Shown here piece after piece: positions 1 to 13,213 of a DNA stretch of 64,000 nucleotides; position 1 is the first letter of the stretch; each line of letters starts with the position of its first letter. The DNA comes from Selaginella moellendorffii (taxonomy: Eukaryota > Plantae > Lycopodiophyta). The translations under genes and the position numbers were made by a program. The stretch covers positions 789,014-853,013 of the forward strand of contig NW_003314298.1 of NCBI RefSeq assembly GCF_000143415.4. Reading direction: 5' to 3'. The notes under the pieces were generated by a model. That model did not search any database and was not told where the DNA came from. It worked only from the letters and a program-made list of their open reading frames with translations.

Positions 1-1658
1 ATCTCCTTATCACGGAGCATGGACTCGACGACACCACCACCATGAGCAACGCTCTTGTCAACGTTTATGGACGTTGTGAGAGTCCGGACGACGCAAGGAC
101 AGTGTTCGATCAACTCGAGCTTCCGAATCTCATCTCGTGGAACTCGATGATTGGAATCTACGTGCAGTGCGAGAGACACGACGACGCTTTGCAGCTCTTT
201 CGGACCATGCAGCAGCAAGGGATCCAACCAGACAGAGTAAATTTCATGACCATCTTGGGAGCCTGTACGATTGGCTCTCACGGAAGAACTCGCAAGTTAG
301 TGCACCAATGCGTCGAAGAGAGTGGACTGGGAGGCTCGCCCCTGGTGCAAACATCCCTGGTGAACATGTATGCCAAAGCTGGGGAGCTCGATGTAGCAGA
401 GGTGATCCTGCAAGAGATGGACGAGCAGCAGATAACCGCATGGAACGTCCTCATCAATGGGTACACACTACACGGGCGAAGCAGGGAAGCTCTGGAAACT
501 TACCAAAGGCTCCAGCTCGAAGCCATCCCAGTGGACAAGGTTACCTTCATCAGCGTCCTCAACGCATGCACAAGCTCAACGTCTCTGGCCGAAGGCAAGA
601 TGATCCATTCCAACGCTGTGGAGTGCGGCCTCGACTCCGACGTGATCGTGAAGAACGCACTGACCAACATGTACTCAAAGTGCGGCAGCATGGAGAACGC
701 TCGCAGGATCTTCGACAGTATGCCCATCCGCAGCGCGGTGTCCTGGAACGGCATGCTCCAAGCCTACGCTCAACACGGAGAGTCCGAGGAGGTGCTCAAG
801 CTTATCAGAAAAATGGAACAGGAGGGCGTGAAGCTCAACGGAATCACTTTCGTCAGTGTTCTCTCGTCGTGCAGCCACGCCGGTTTGATCGCAGAAGGCT
901 GCCAATACTTCCACTCTCTGGGCCACGACAGGGGGATCGAAGTAAAGACCGAGCACTACGGCTGCCTCGTAGATCTTCTGGGAAGAGCAGGGAAGCTCCA
1001 GGAGGCCGAGAAGTATATCAGCAAAATGCCATCGGAACCAGAGATCGTTACCTGGGCCAGCCTTCTCGGAGCGTGCAGAGTTCACAAAGATCTCGACCGG
1101 GGAAAGCTCGCCGCGAGGAAGCTCCTCGAGCTGGATCCAGGCAACTCCTCGGCCAGCGTGGTTCTCTCCAACATCTACTCGGAGCGCGGAGACTGGAAGA
1201 ACGCTGCGAAGCTGAGAAGAGCCATGGCCAGCAGGCGAGTGAAGAAGGTCCCGGGCATCAGCTCGATCCAGGTGAAGAACAAAGTTCACGAGTTTCGAGT
1301 CCGGGACACGAGCCATCCTCGAGCAGCGGAGATTTACGACAAAGTGGAGGAGCTGTGCTTTGCGATGAGGGAGGCAGGCTACGTCCCAGACACAAAGATG
1401 GTGCTGCACGACGTGGACGAGGAGCAAAAGGAGAGCTTGCTGGCTTACCACAGCGAGAAGCTGGCAATCGCGTTTGGGTTGATAAGCACTCCGGAGAAGA
1501 GCTCGCTACACATCTTCAAGAACTTGAGAGTGTGCGAGGACTGCCACACGGCGACCAAGTTTATCTCCAAGATCACCGGGCGAGAGATCGTCGTCCGCGA
1601 CAACCACAGGTTCCACCACTTCAGGGATGGCTCCTGTTCGTGCAAAGATTACTGGTAA
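1..1658 (+). CDS. PLS-class PPR protein with E1/E2 and DYW deaminase domain (organellar C-to-U editing factor); 5' end lies outside the window
   Basis: PPR motifs ([16 protein letters not shown]), PG box [21 protein letters not shown]...CEDCH, C-terminus CSCKDYW; frame is open from base 3. Confidence 0.96.
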   Translation, partial: LLITEHGLDDTTTMSNALVNVYGRCESPDDARTVFDQLELPNLISWNSMIGIYVQCERHDDALQLFRTMQQQGIQPDRVNFMTILGACTIGSHGRTRKLVHQCVEESGLGGSPLVQTSLVNMYAKAGELDVAEVILQEMDEQQITAWNVLINGYTLHGRSREALETYQRLQLEAIPVDKVTFISVLNACTSSTSLAEGKMIHSNAVECGLDSDVIVKNALTNMYSKCGSMENARRIFDSMPIRSAVSWNGMLQAYAQHGESEEVLKLIRKMEQEGVKLNGITFVSVLSSCSHAGLIAEGCQYFHSLGHDRGIEVKTEHYGCLVDLLGRAGKLQEAEKYISKMPSEPEIVTWASLLGACRVHKDLDRGKLAARKLLELDPGNSSASVVLSNIYSERGDWKNAAKLRRAMASRRVKKVPGISSIQVKNKVHEFRVRDTSHPRAAEIYDKVEELCFAMREAGYVPDTKMVLHDVDEEQKESLLAYHSEKLAIAFGLISTPEKSSLHIFKNLRVCEDCHTATKFISKITGREIVVRDNHRFHHFRDGSCSCKDYW

Positions 1659-1699
1659 AACGAAATGAATAATCATGCATTCTTTTTCTTTTATCCTTA

Positions 1700-4600
1700 T
1701 AGCTTACTTCACTTTTCTCCGGCAGTCACATCACTGAATATTCCAGTTCATTCTAAATAATGATACTCCTTTAGAAAGTATTTTCTTAAGTATTAAGACA
1801 TTCAATAGTATAAAAATAAAAGTACTTTAATTTTCTCCTTTTCTTTTTCATAGTTGACAGTGAAATTAAGTATTTAAAATATATTATTATATAGATAATA
1901 ACAAGAAAATTGGTACTAAATTTATAATTTCATAAAGAATATATATCAAATATTATGTGAAATGTTAAGATGCATTTCAAAGTAAATAGCTTAGATTCTT
2001 ATCCATAAAACTACAACCCCATACTTATAAAGGGATTACCTTAAATATATACCTTAGCTATATATAAAGCCTAGCATATAACGGTTGTTTAGTGTTTATA
2101 AAAAGCTAGGAACTTCTGAATCTTTTAGAGATGGATGATTAAGTAAGTAACAATTGTTTTTGGGTTTTTTGGCACTCAATTGGGGGCATAAAAGCATAAT
2201 ATAATGGATGCTAATGGAGACTCTCTTGTCTTTCTAGTTTTCAATCATGCCTTTCACCAATGCCAATACTTATGACCAAGTGCTAACTTATACAATCTCA
2301 AAATTGTATTTGTCAAGTGCAACAATTAACCTTAAGATCAATTTTTTTTTTCTGTTTTGCAATAAGAACAAGTCCATAGATGACAAAAATCATGAACACA
2401 AGGAGAAAGCAAGGAAATTGTTGTTTCCTTCTTTAAATCATGAAGCATTCACTTCCAATATGCACCCATTGTAGTGGTTGTACTGTGAGAGAGCAGAGGG
2501 TATCGTCCCAGCAAACTACACTGGGCATCATCTCAACATAAATAATAATATAACACCGCTTCAATGTACATACAATATAATAAAGAGAATCATGGTACTT
2601 ATTTCAAAATAAACTTCTCAGTCACAATACTCCAATTCTTTAGGCAACATGGGACAAAAAAACAAGGAGTGCACTCAAGCTTGATCAAATTGTTTGCACT
2701 TACAAATCTAGCAAACACTCAGTTAAAGCACTATACTTCTTAGTTGCATTGCTTTCATGATCCAGCCTAATTAGAGCAATCTAGGTTTTATCTTCTTGAG
2801 TGTCTTTTTTATTCCATTCTATTAACTCTGACCCAGATGTGATGACACTGATAAGAAGGGGTCATGTACTTTTCTTCCCATTTATTTGGTCATTGGATTA
2901 CTAGGTAATATGCTGTGTGGCACTTTACAAGAGGAGAGGGGAAGCACATGTATATTGGATGGCAAGAGGAGAGAGGAAAAAGGTGGCTATGGAGCTCTCA
3001 CTTAGGAAGACAACTTTAGTCTGTAGTAGTGAGAAGAAACCATAACTAAATTTTCAAAATGCCTGCAAACACTCTGATGTAGCCTCACTGCCATGAACAT
3101 CTACACCCCTGTTGAGGAGGAGTTGCCAAAGAAGCTCACTTTTGCTTCTATGTCTCACTATGATTTCCTTTCAAGTAACTTATAATGAGATCATGTGTTG
3201 CATACAAAAGAAGGGATTATCACCACATCATAATAAATACCCATGAGACGCTCATGAGGAAGGTTGCCTCTTATGCTTTGGATTCTTTTGTATAATCTGA
3301 GAATTTTTGAATAAACGTAAACACATCCACCATTCTCTTTAGCTTTAGTACTCATCATTGTCTTTCTTATCACCTAATTGTATTATAACTTTGCAGCTAA
3401 AGCTAGAAAAAATCTTAAATTAAGAACTTTTCTTCAACTTCAAGACCTGACCTGATTGCTCCTAGAAGAAATGCATAGAATGTTGATATAATTATCCATC
3501 TTTTATCACTTTTTTTCTTGCCTTTCTACCAATTATGCTTTCAATTGCTCAAAGACTATATACTAACCTAAATTGTTGGGCTAATTGCAAGAAGAAAGGA
3601 AAATTTGCATCCATTGAACAATTCCTTTGACAAGTTAAAGGTAGCCCAAAGTAATTTACCACTAAGAGGCTAAAATGTACAAAAAACTTATATAATGAAT
3701 TACAAAATTTTCTTGTTCTTGTTTTGTGGAGATATAAATGTTTTAAGTAACTATATTTGTAAAAATAAATGACAAAAGTGCTTGTAAGTACATATTCTCC
3801 TACACCATTATAGATTTTTTAGTTTAACTAGTTCTAAATATTCCTATAAAAATTCCTAGAAATAAAATATTTTTAAAAATTAAGAGTTATTGGATTCAGA
3901 AAAAATTAATGTCCTTGAAATGTAAACCTTCATTCAAATTGCACTAAAATAATATACTATAAATAATGTTATGAGCTAACATTTATACTTAGAATAGGCT
4001 AAAACCTCTTAAATTAGTAATTAAATTTTTTAGAGCTATTATTTTATATAATTTCTAAATTTAAATTTTTATTCATAACTAATAATGTTTTTTAAACATA
4101 ATAATAATAATTTATTATAATAAATTTTTATATAAATCTCTTTAATAAAATATTTTTCAAATATAAATTAATATAAATATTTTTATTTAAGTTTTAGCTT
4201 ATTAAGTAATTTGTTGAGTTTTATCATATTTTTCTAAAATTTTAATACACATTTTTTATATTTATTTTATAGAAAACTTAAGTGCCTCACTATAAGTTTT
4301 TTTTATTTAGTTATAACTATTAATCACTATTTACATCAATTAAAATATAGTTTCTAACAAAACTCCTTTTCCAATAAATTAACAAATTTTATTTTAAAAT
4401 GTTTATTTAAATATTTAATTTTTCTTGAGCATAATAAAATTTATTCAATATTAACCAAAGGATAAAAGTTTTATAAGAATATAATAGTTATTTATTTAAT
4501 TAAAATATAAAACTAAAAATTAATAAATTTAACATTATCATAAAATAATTTACTTCCATAAAATGCATTATCTATTCTTGCACCACAAAAACATTTATTA

Positions 4601-6350
4601 AATTTGTAAACAAAAACTTTAGAGTAGTGGTTTTGAACTATGAATGGTACATATAAAAAGTATTTTATTAACTGAATAATTTACTTGTCTACTTGAAAGT
4701 CCATTTTTATATATTATTTTTAATAATTATTATTTTAAATTGTACTATAAATTATATAATTAATTTAAGATTTATCTCTTTCAGTCTCTAACTTATCTCA
4801 TTTTATTAAGTTTATAAAATATCACTAATATAAAAACTTTCTAAACTAAATTTTTATATTTTTTTTGTGAAAGTTCAATCTAACACAATTAACAAAAAAA
4901 AAATTAACGTAAAAGTCTTATCAGGAAAACTCAGTTTATAACAAAAAGAAATTTACATTACATTAAGTGTGATATAGTTGTTATAAAAAAAAACTATGTT
5001 TTCTTTCCAGACTTAAGATTTGATTACTTAGTTTCTTTAAATAGCTTCACTTTATTTGATTTGAACAAGTTTGGCTCAAAACTTTGTTACTATAAACCAA
5101 GTGTACTATCACTACTTAATTATATAAAAAAAACTATATATATTTTTTCTTGTTGCTACTTTGTTGTATGCTTTGGAAAATTTCTAATTATATGTCTTGC
5201 TAGAGGAGGTTAAACTTCTTCACAATACTGATATCCCTTCCTTTTTGCCACGATGGTGAAAGACTGTGAACTTACCATCAAACTTCTACACCATGGCTTG
5301 AGAAGCAAAAACGCTTGTAGCTACTTTCCTCTTTATCACTTGATCTTCATCAAGCTAAGAGATGCACTCAACCAAGTAGAAACCACTGACCAACAAACAC
5401 CAAAATTTTGTGTTGAGTATGTCATGAACATGCCAGACCCCGCCCCAGGAAAAGTTCCCATCTTGGAAACAAAAATAAAGAAAAAACTTTCTCACCTCAT
5501 AAAGATGGCCTGAGAACAGGCCAAAGCTGATCCATCTGTAGAGAAGTAGTGTTCCAGTCTATGGCACAGGAATAAGGTGAAAGGCTGCGCCACAAAGGCA
5601 GCACATTAGATTCACGCTAGAGGAAATATTACCTGGTAATTTGCACAAAATTGCAAAAACTGCCCCAAGGGCAGGAAAGCAATAAGGATGCAAGAACATA
5701 TGAGTGTCCTTGGGGGATTTATAGAAACTCGAGAATCATTTACCTAAACCACCACCTTTTATAGTCAATTGTGTGGTATTTGTCAAAGCTATGGCAGCAA
5801 TTTTGGATATCCCTTGCAATCACAATGTTTTGAAAAGGAGATGACATGCATTAGCATTTCCATCATAAATATTGCCACAATACTAATGAAATGACAATGA
5901 TTTCAACTTAGAACTGTTGATGTTATTTGTAAACCAAGTTGCCGCCTACGCAAAAGCTGCATTGAACAGGTATTATAAGTTTTCTCAATGCGCCTCACAG
6001 AAGTCCGGCCCATCTACTTTCAAGAATCCCTCTCCGAGATCAATGCCCTGGTTGAGTGCAAGGGACCTCAGCATGAGGGAAGTCACAGCCTGAAGACCAT
6101 CCTGAAGACTCTTGTAAAAATTTCATCAAAAGAGGAGTGGATTACCTGGAGAGGGTGAGAGACCACGGCAGATATAGCCACAGTTTGCGCAGTGGTTGTT
6201 ATTCTGATACCCAAATGCTGCATTCAAAACACTTAAAAAGCATTTTATGTTCTACTATCCATGTTTTGAATCCACTACCATTGAACCAAATAAAAAGCGC
6301 AAATATGTATAAAAAGTGAAAAAATATAGAAACCGGAAGCAAACCCATTC
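1700..6350. other. AT-rich, CpG-poor island with unassignable degenerate coding remnants; core 3700-5150 is extremely AT-rich
   Basis: Only short ORFs; long A/T runs; very few CG dinucleotides compared with flanking genes. Confidence 0.6.
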
Positions 6351-7045
6351 GTTAGACAGTATGACAAATTGAATACGAATTGCTCAGATATAATAGAATA
6401 ACTTTAGAAGAGACCAGTTCCAGGAGATATGTTCAACGAAAATACCAAACTGTTTATGTTTGTCACCTGACATCATCCAGAATAAAATTGACACACAAAG
6501 TTTGAGAATGAAACGTTCTTTCTTAAGCCAGAGACGCGTTTGACTTCTCCAAAGTCGCCCATCTTTTCTGAAGCAAATTTGCCTCTTTCAGGGATATTCC
6601 AACAAAATACGAAATTCCAAAGAAAAAATATGTTTCTTTCTATTTGCCGGCCTGAAAGTACAGTCTAGAGGGCCGCAACAAGAGAAAAAATGAAACAAAT
6701 TCATACGCTATCGTGCACGACCAAAGTCAAGCATCATTGCTGACTGGAACACGCTCTTTGACTTTCTCCTTAGTGCGATTGCGTTTACACGGGCTTGGGG
6801 ACGTTCCTGCATGTTGCAATCGCCTTTCCTTGGGAGCGTTCGTGATGGTAGGGCCGGAGTCCTATTGGCATCTGGTCCAGAACAATGGCACTTTGTTCGA
6901 GACTTTGCATCTGCCTTTATATTTTTAAGGACCGTTCTGGGGACCCAGACTCCAGAGAAGCAAATCACTCGAGGAGGAAACAGCAACTCTATATTTTTTC
7001 CTTTTCTTGCGTCTCAAACCAGGTGTAGATTCGAGACGAGGAGAG

Positions 7046-8119
7046 ATGGAGAGAACCAATCTCATACTATTGCTCTTCGTTTTTGCACAAGCCATGGTCA
7101 TCGCACAAGCAGGTAAATAGTTTTCGAACGAAATCGATCGATCATATATTGTTTTCTTTTCTTCTAGCCGAGGAGTATGACTACTCGAATGGGACTCGAG
7201 GCCAGGCAAACTGGGGAAACTTGAGACAAGAATGGAGGGCTTGCAGCAGCGGCAGAATGCAATCTCCGGTCGACATTCAATCCGAGGAGCTCCAGCCAGT
7301 GTGCTCTTTGAAGTTGCTCCAGACGAGATACAAACCAACGAATGCCACTCTCACCAATCTCGACCACGACATAGCAGTATGTATCTCCAGACTCCATCTC
7401 ATCTCCGAAAGATCTCCATCTAATCATGGCTCGGGCCCCTCGTTTTTCTATTCTCTGTTTGCGCAATAGCTCGAGTTTGGCGATGCTTCATCGGGATCGC
7501 TCATCATCGATGGCACCCTGTACAGTGTGAGCGAGTATCACATCCATGCTCCCAGCGAGCACACTGTGAATGGGAAGCACCTCGCAGTCGAGGGGCATCT
7601 TGTCCACAGGAGTGAAGACAACAGGCTTGCAGTCGTCGCAGTCATGTACACGATTGGATCCGAGGACGACCCTTTTATCGATCAGGTAAGCAGAGATCTG
7701 GGTCTTCTTCGAGTTGTTTTCACTGTCTTTTTGGTAAGGTTGAGCATTTTCTACCTGAGCTGAGCGGCGAGCAAGATGTTCAAGTGGTGGATCCCTCGCT
7801 GCTCAATGTTGGAGGCAAGCGATTCTTCAGATATGTTGGATCACTGACATCACCGCCCTGCACCGAGCAAGTGACATGGAGCGTGTTGAGACGAGTAAGC
7901 AAATAATTTCCTTAATCTTTAGTTTCTTTCCCTCTGACCTTGGTTCTGATGTTGCAGCCACGAACGATCTCGAAAACGCAGTACCGGCTTTTGGTGAATG
8001 CCCTCAATGTAAGAACTGATTCACGCGCTAAAAAACAGCTTCTAACATTGTGTGTACAGGGTGATAACAACAGATCGATACAAGGATTGTTTGGAAGAAG
8101 AATAAGCTATTATAAATAA
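7046..8119 (+). CDS. Secreted alpha-carbonic anhydrase (6 exons)
   Basis: Signal peptide MERTNLILLLFVFAQA; G..NWG, QSPVDI, HIHAPSEH and EGHLVH (three Zn His), YVGSLTSPPCTEQVTW, DNNR; GT-AG introns; TAA 8117-8119. Confidence 0.93.
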
Positions 8120-8516
8120 AAGATTCGTTAGAGTCCTTTTAGGGCACGCATTTTTTTAACCTCGTCTTGCTTAGATGCAGATCACCTGGCAAATCTTTCT
8201 AGCAAGCATTAATTCTTTACCCTTTCCTTTTTTAAGATTAGTAAGAGTGAATATGCTGAGTTGCACTAATGTTTTTGGTTTGCTTAAGCAAATCTGTTAT
8301 GCTGCAAATAAAAACGAGTTTTAACGTTTATTAAAGTAATTATATGAATTGTCTCCGCACATTGTTCTAGTTTTCTAAATTGATATATACTGCACATTTT
8401 ATTTTTAGACACCAACACTTTGTTTAAAGGTTATCCAAAAGCCCTAAACCCTTGTGTTTTAAAGATGGTCAAATTTTTTAGATCATGGATGGAGCATGGA
8501 AGATGGAGATTGTTTG

Positions 8517-9416
8517 TCAAATGTCTTTGAGATTGTCTGCCACCCGGTTGAGCGCCACGGCCAGATTGGCGAGCTGCGCCGCCAGCTCCCTGCGATCCCT
8601 CGACTCGATCTGGAGCCTCTCCCTCTCAAACTGGAGCGCCTCCCTGTGCCGCGCCTCGCGCTTCTCCTCCATGCTCGCCACCGCCGCCATGTACGTGCTC
8701 GTCAGCTTCCCAATCGCCGCCACCACGTCGCTCGCCGATTGCTGCCTCTTCTTCTTCCCGCTCGACCCCGGCGCCAGCTCGTGGTGGTGATCGTGATCGC
8801 CCTTGCCCGCGCGCGTCGATTGCGCGCTGGTGCTGAGATGGTCCAGCGCCTGCGCCGGCGGCGGCGGCGACACGATGGCCAGCCGCCCCGAGAGGAAAGA
8901 GTCGAGGCGATCGAAGAGGTCCTTGTCGAAGTAGCAGGGCAGCGATGGATCCTCCCTGCGCCGCTCCTCGATCGACATGGCGAAGTAGTTTGGCCTGCCG
9001 CTCTTCTTGAGCACGCCCTTGATCGTCTTGTAGTCGGAGAGGAGATTGTCCCACTTGCCCTTGCACTGGGCGACGTCGCGATCGTCGATCCCGTTGCGCT
9101 TCATGTGATCCACCACGCGCTTCCACTTCTCGCCCGAGCTGATCACCATCTTGTCCCGCGACAGGCAGCTCGCGCCGCTCGTGTCGATCGTCGCCTCCGA
9201 TTCCATCTTCTTGCCCTCGATCAGGAGCAGCACCTCGCTGTGCGTCCAGTTGCGATTCCTCTTCCTCTTCCCGGACAGCTGGTCGCCGGCATTCCTCGCG
9301 GCGCCACCGCCGACGCCGCCATAGCCCTTGTGAGCGGCAGCGTCCCCGACGATCACCTCCGAGCCCCCGAATCCGGCCTGCGATGCCTCTACCAGCTCCA
9401 CCAGCGGCGATGCCAT
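8517..9416 (-). CDS. Trihelix (Myb/SANT-like) DNA-binding protein with C-terminal coiled coil, intronless
   Basis: NWTHSEVLLLIE...KWKRVVDHM...QCKGKWDNLLSDYK; ERR...LP..FD signature; coiled-coil tail. Confidence 0.88.
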   Translation of the reverse strand: MASPLVELVEASQAGFGGSEVIVGDAAAHKGYGGVGGGAARNAGDQLSGKRKRNRNWTHSEVLLLIEGKKMESEATIDTSGASCLSRDKMVISSGEKWKRVVDHMKRNGIDDRDVAQCKGKWDNLLSDYKTIKGVLKKSGRPNYFAMSIEERRREDPSLPCYFDKDLFDRLDSFLSGRLAIVSPPPPAQALDHLSTSAQSTRAGKGDHDHHHELAPGSSGKKKRQQSASDVVAAIGKLTSTYMAAVASMEEKREARHREALQFERERLQIESRDRRELAAQLANLAVALNRVADNLKDI

Positions 9417-9626
9417 CGTAATCTCGCCCTACAGCTCCATGGAGTCTCCCCAGCTCTCTTCTCACCTGGCTCGATCCATCGCTCTTGCCCGCTCGCGGGA
9501 GCCCTAAACTCCGGCCGACGTGGCGCTCTGGACGGCCGGGATTGATGCTCTCGAAGCAAGGGCTCGGATTGAATAGGGTTTGAGGGCTTGCTCTTCGTTG
9601 TCTGTGCTCGGTGGAGGAAGGCGCGC

Positions 9627-10517
9627 ATGGCATGGGACCTAGCGCTGTGGATTCTCTCGTTTCTCGCGGTCGCAGCGGCGCTGGGGATCATCGTCTACCA
9701 GGTGAGCTCTCTTCCTCCTCGGAATCTCTTCGTCAGTGATGAGAAGGCAAAAATTCATTCTTGGCGAGTCCTTTGGACAAATGAGCTGGAGTAATCGCTA
9801 ATCTTCTCTCTGAGACGCTTCTTGCCACTGATGATCCACTGTAGCGTGTCATATGAGTTCTTCTTTAGGACAGTGACTATAGCACAGTCTTTAAATCTGA
9901 GGCTTCAAAAGGGAAATTTTTTTTCTTCTCTTCTGATGATGGGTTGTTTTTTTTGTCCTTCTCTCGCAGCTGCTATGTCTCTCCGATCTCGAATTCGATT
10001 TTATAAATCCCTTTGATTCTTCATCGCGTATCAACCGGTTTGTTCTTCCTGAATTTGCTATCCAGGGAGTGCTGAGCGCGATCTACCTTATTTTCGGCTA
10101 CTGGCTCATGTTCTTGCTAAACGCCCCGCTCTTATATTATAACATAAGACTGTAAGTTGCCATGTTTTTCATGTTTCCCTGCATTGACATGCTCTGATGT
10201 TAACGTGAATTTCTTTTTTTTTTTCACCTCAGATACATGAGCAAGAGGCACCTTGTAGATGTCACGGAGATCTTCAATCAGCTTGAACCGGAGAAGAAGA
10301 TACGCTTCTACAAGCTCGGCTTTTACCTTTCTTTGCTGTGCATCGTCATATACAGGTAAGCATAGCTCCGTGTTTATTTCTTAAAAGTTGGATTACTTTC
10401 TTGTACAGGATGCTATTGAGTGTGATTTAAGGATTTTTGTTGCTGCTCTGTAGGCTGGTGGTTTCCTCGATGGAGGTCATTCTCGAGTCGGGCATTGCAT
10501 CCATGGCGGAGATTTAA
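9627..10517 (+). CDS. Cornichon family ER cargo receptor (4 exons; alternative last exon ending at 10430)
   Basis: LLCLSDLEFDFINPFD, PEFAIQ, HLVDVTEIFNQL, KLGFYL across GT-AG-bounded exons. Confidence 0.93.
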
Positions 10518-10939
10518 TTGTGAGAATTCAGTTGTTCCACTCTTTAGTGCTGAACAAATTTTCGTCCACGCAGGATTTTAGTTTCTCAAACGTGTAGAGT
10601 GAGGTACAAATAGATGGTAATTTTTGATGTGATCTAATGACTTCTATGTGCAGGAAAGAAAAGTATTTTCTTTGTGAATATTGTAGTCTATCTTCGGCTA
10701 TAATATATGTACGCATTGCGTCAAAAATGAAGTGTCGCTTCTCATTGGGTACGCGGCGAATAAATACCGCTTTCTCAAAAATTCGTGGGACCAAATGTTT
10801 TCAGAAAACAGCTCCGCTCCATCTATGCCCGTGCCTTGTCGACAAATTTCTATTTGTCGGGTAATCACATTTTTAATTTTTTTTTTTCCCTCTCTTTTGC
10901 GGCTGGTTGTGGAATCCGTCTCATGGTATATATTTGCAG

Positions 10940-12391
10940 ATGCGGCGGGACGAGAGCTCACTTCGAATGGGGTTTCTTTCCTTGCTGCGATCAAGGAAGT
11001 CAGGTTTCGTTCTGGAAGGTGATGAATCAAGCTCGGCACGCAGTAGTGGAAGTGTCGCTCCTTCAACAGAGTTAGAGGGTGCTGCTTATGTCTGCTCCGC
11101 TTGCAAGACTCGCAGTTTTAGGAGCTCGGGAAGGCCACTGAAGGTTTTCTTTTATGAGGAGCTCAAGGCAGCTACCAACGACTTTGGGTTTTGCAACTAC
11201 ATGGCAGACGCAGAGGGTGGTCATGTATTTAGAGGAGTTTTAGAAGGAGGCGAGGTGGTTGCCGTGAGAGTTATATCGGACGCATCAGTCTTTCAATCTC
11301 GCAAGCAGCTCTTGGGCCGCATTCGTTCGTCTAATATTGTGAGACTGGTAGGCTACTGCGACGAAGGCGACGACAGGAAATTTCTTGTTTATGACTTCAT
11401 CTGCAACGGCTCTTTGGAGTGGCATCTAACAGGTAGCGAATTTTTTCCTTTTCATCTTTACATCGTCGTTGTTCTCTAATCGTGACCTTGTGCAGTTCTC
11501 ACTCGGAATGCCATGGGTTGGTCTATAAGGAAGTCAATTGCCGTGGGAATAGCCAAAGGTTTGCTTTACTTACACAGCTACTCAATCGCACATAGGAACT
11601 TGCGATCTAGGAACGTTCTCTTGACTCATGATTATACACCAGTTGTAAGTAAGCTATGTTTGTAGTTTCAGTGCCTAAAACATTTGCACAGATTACAGGG
11701 ATGGGCTATGCAAAGCATAAAACTCAACCAGCTTTTCCAAGTCCTCCTTGTGTCACTGGGTAAGTTTTGTATTTATCTCAGACGCCATTGCTCATTTTTC
11801 ACGTTGATAGCTACTCTGCTCCAGAACATTTCCGGGGGCATGCAGTGGACGAGAAGAACGATATCTTTTCCTATGGTGTCATACTGCTGGAACTCATCAC
11901 TTCTCGAAAGGCCATGGAGGATTCAAGCCAACGCCTTCTGACAGAATGGGTAAAATGCTGCCTCGTGGTGTTCGTCTATTGACATAGAGTTGTTTTATAG
12001 GCGTCCCCGCTGCTCCGAGACTTTGACCGCCAAAAGCTCGTCGATCCCGAGCTTGGCTGCGACGATAACAACACCTACGAGCTTGTCACTATGATGAGCA
12101 TTGCGTCGCTCTGCTTGAGCGAAGATCCACTGGAAAGGCCAAGCGCAGACAAGGTAAACGTGCGAGAACTTGAGTGTCTCATCGCCTTTTTAAATATCGT
12201 TCCAGATCTTGAGCCTGCTAGAAGAGGATTGTGACAGGGAGGTTTTCAGCTCCGACGATGACTTGTCCACTCTGTCGCAAGCTTCGTCGTCGCTAACACA
12301 TCGAGCGGAGAAAAAGGTGACTTGGAATGCTTGCTCTCCAGTAAGAAGAGCTCCTTCTCGTCGCCTCTCATACAATGTCATGCTCTCTTAA
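10940..12391 (+). CDS. RLK/Pelle-family cytoplasmic pseudokinase (6 exons)
   Basis: CSACK motif, FFYEELKAATNDF, IVRLVGYC, NGSLEWHL, YSAPE, DIFSYGVILLELIT, ERPS; catalytic motifs read VAVR, HRN, GMG. Start codon uncertain because the ATG follows an AG acceptor. Confidence 0.85.
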
Positions 12392-12549
12392 AAAAAACTA
12401 TGGTTCTTTTACTAAAGAAATTCAATCCTTTTCATCGTCTAAGGGAACGAAAAATTATACTAGAAAATAGTATATCAATGCCATCTCGAAGTTTCGCCCC
12501 GTAAAATTTCAAACTGATACTACTTGGATTTCCTACGATCTCACCATAT

Positions 12550-13213
12550 TCAAAACCGTTGATTGTTCCGATTGATATTAGAAAAGTATTTGCGCCAAGA
12601 AAAACATCACCGTGGTGACAAGAGGAGAGAAATCTGGCATAAAAAGACAAAACAAAAGAAAAAAAAAAACCAATACATTTTAATTACTTTTTCCATTCTA
12701 AAAAGCTTACCAGATCGACCAGCGCTGTTCTGCTCGAGCAAAGCTGCAAACACACAAAAAGTTAGGCCTGGAAAAAGAAAGAACCAAAAAGGAGAGGATA
12801 AACAAGGAAGAGAAAAAGCGAAGGAACACACTATCACCTACAAGCAAGGAATGGCAGGCAGAGAAAAGAGAGGAGAGCTTACTAGGACAGGCACTGGTGT
12901 TGGAGTCGAGCTTGCAATGCGTGGGAAGCATGACGGCGTTGGTGATATTGATCCCGGGAGTGGAAGTTACACCGCCAGTGGAGGAGAGGAGCTCGCACAG
13001 GCAAACGGGGCTGTGCTGATAGATGTAGTGGAGCCCCCGGCAGCACCTCGAGCCTGGAAGATCTCTCTTTCCCTCGATGTAAGTGATGCACGGCTGTATC
13101 CTGGCCAAGCGAGCTGTGCACTGCTTGTCCTCCCCAAGGACCAAGTGTACCACTAGGGGCAGTAGCAACACCAGCAGACTCACTCGCGCCGAGGAAGACG
13201 AAGGCGAAGCCAT
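12550..13213 (-). CDS. Non-specific lipid transfer protein (LTPG-like), 3 exons
   Basis: Signal peptide plus 8-Cys motif C-C-CC-CxC-C-C; last exon and stop inferred from splice sites. Confidence 0.85.

Noticed and set aside
137-1672. 511-aa alternative-frame ORF over the DYW-PPR
   Set aside because: Frame whose first codon position is the GC-rich third position of the real gene, so stops are rare; low-complexity Arg/Gly product with no motif
8496-9633. 349-aa antisense and 335-aa shifted ORFs over the trihelix gene
   Set aside because: Shadow ORFs of high-GC3 coding sequence
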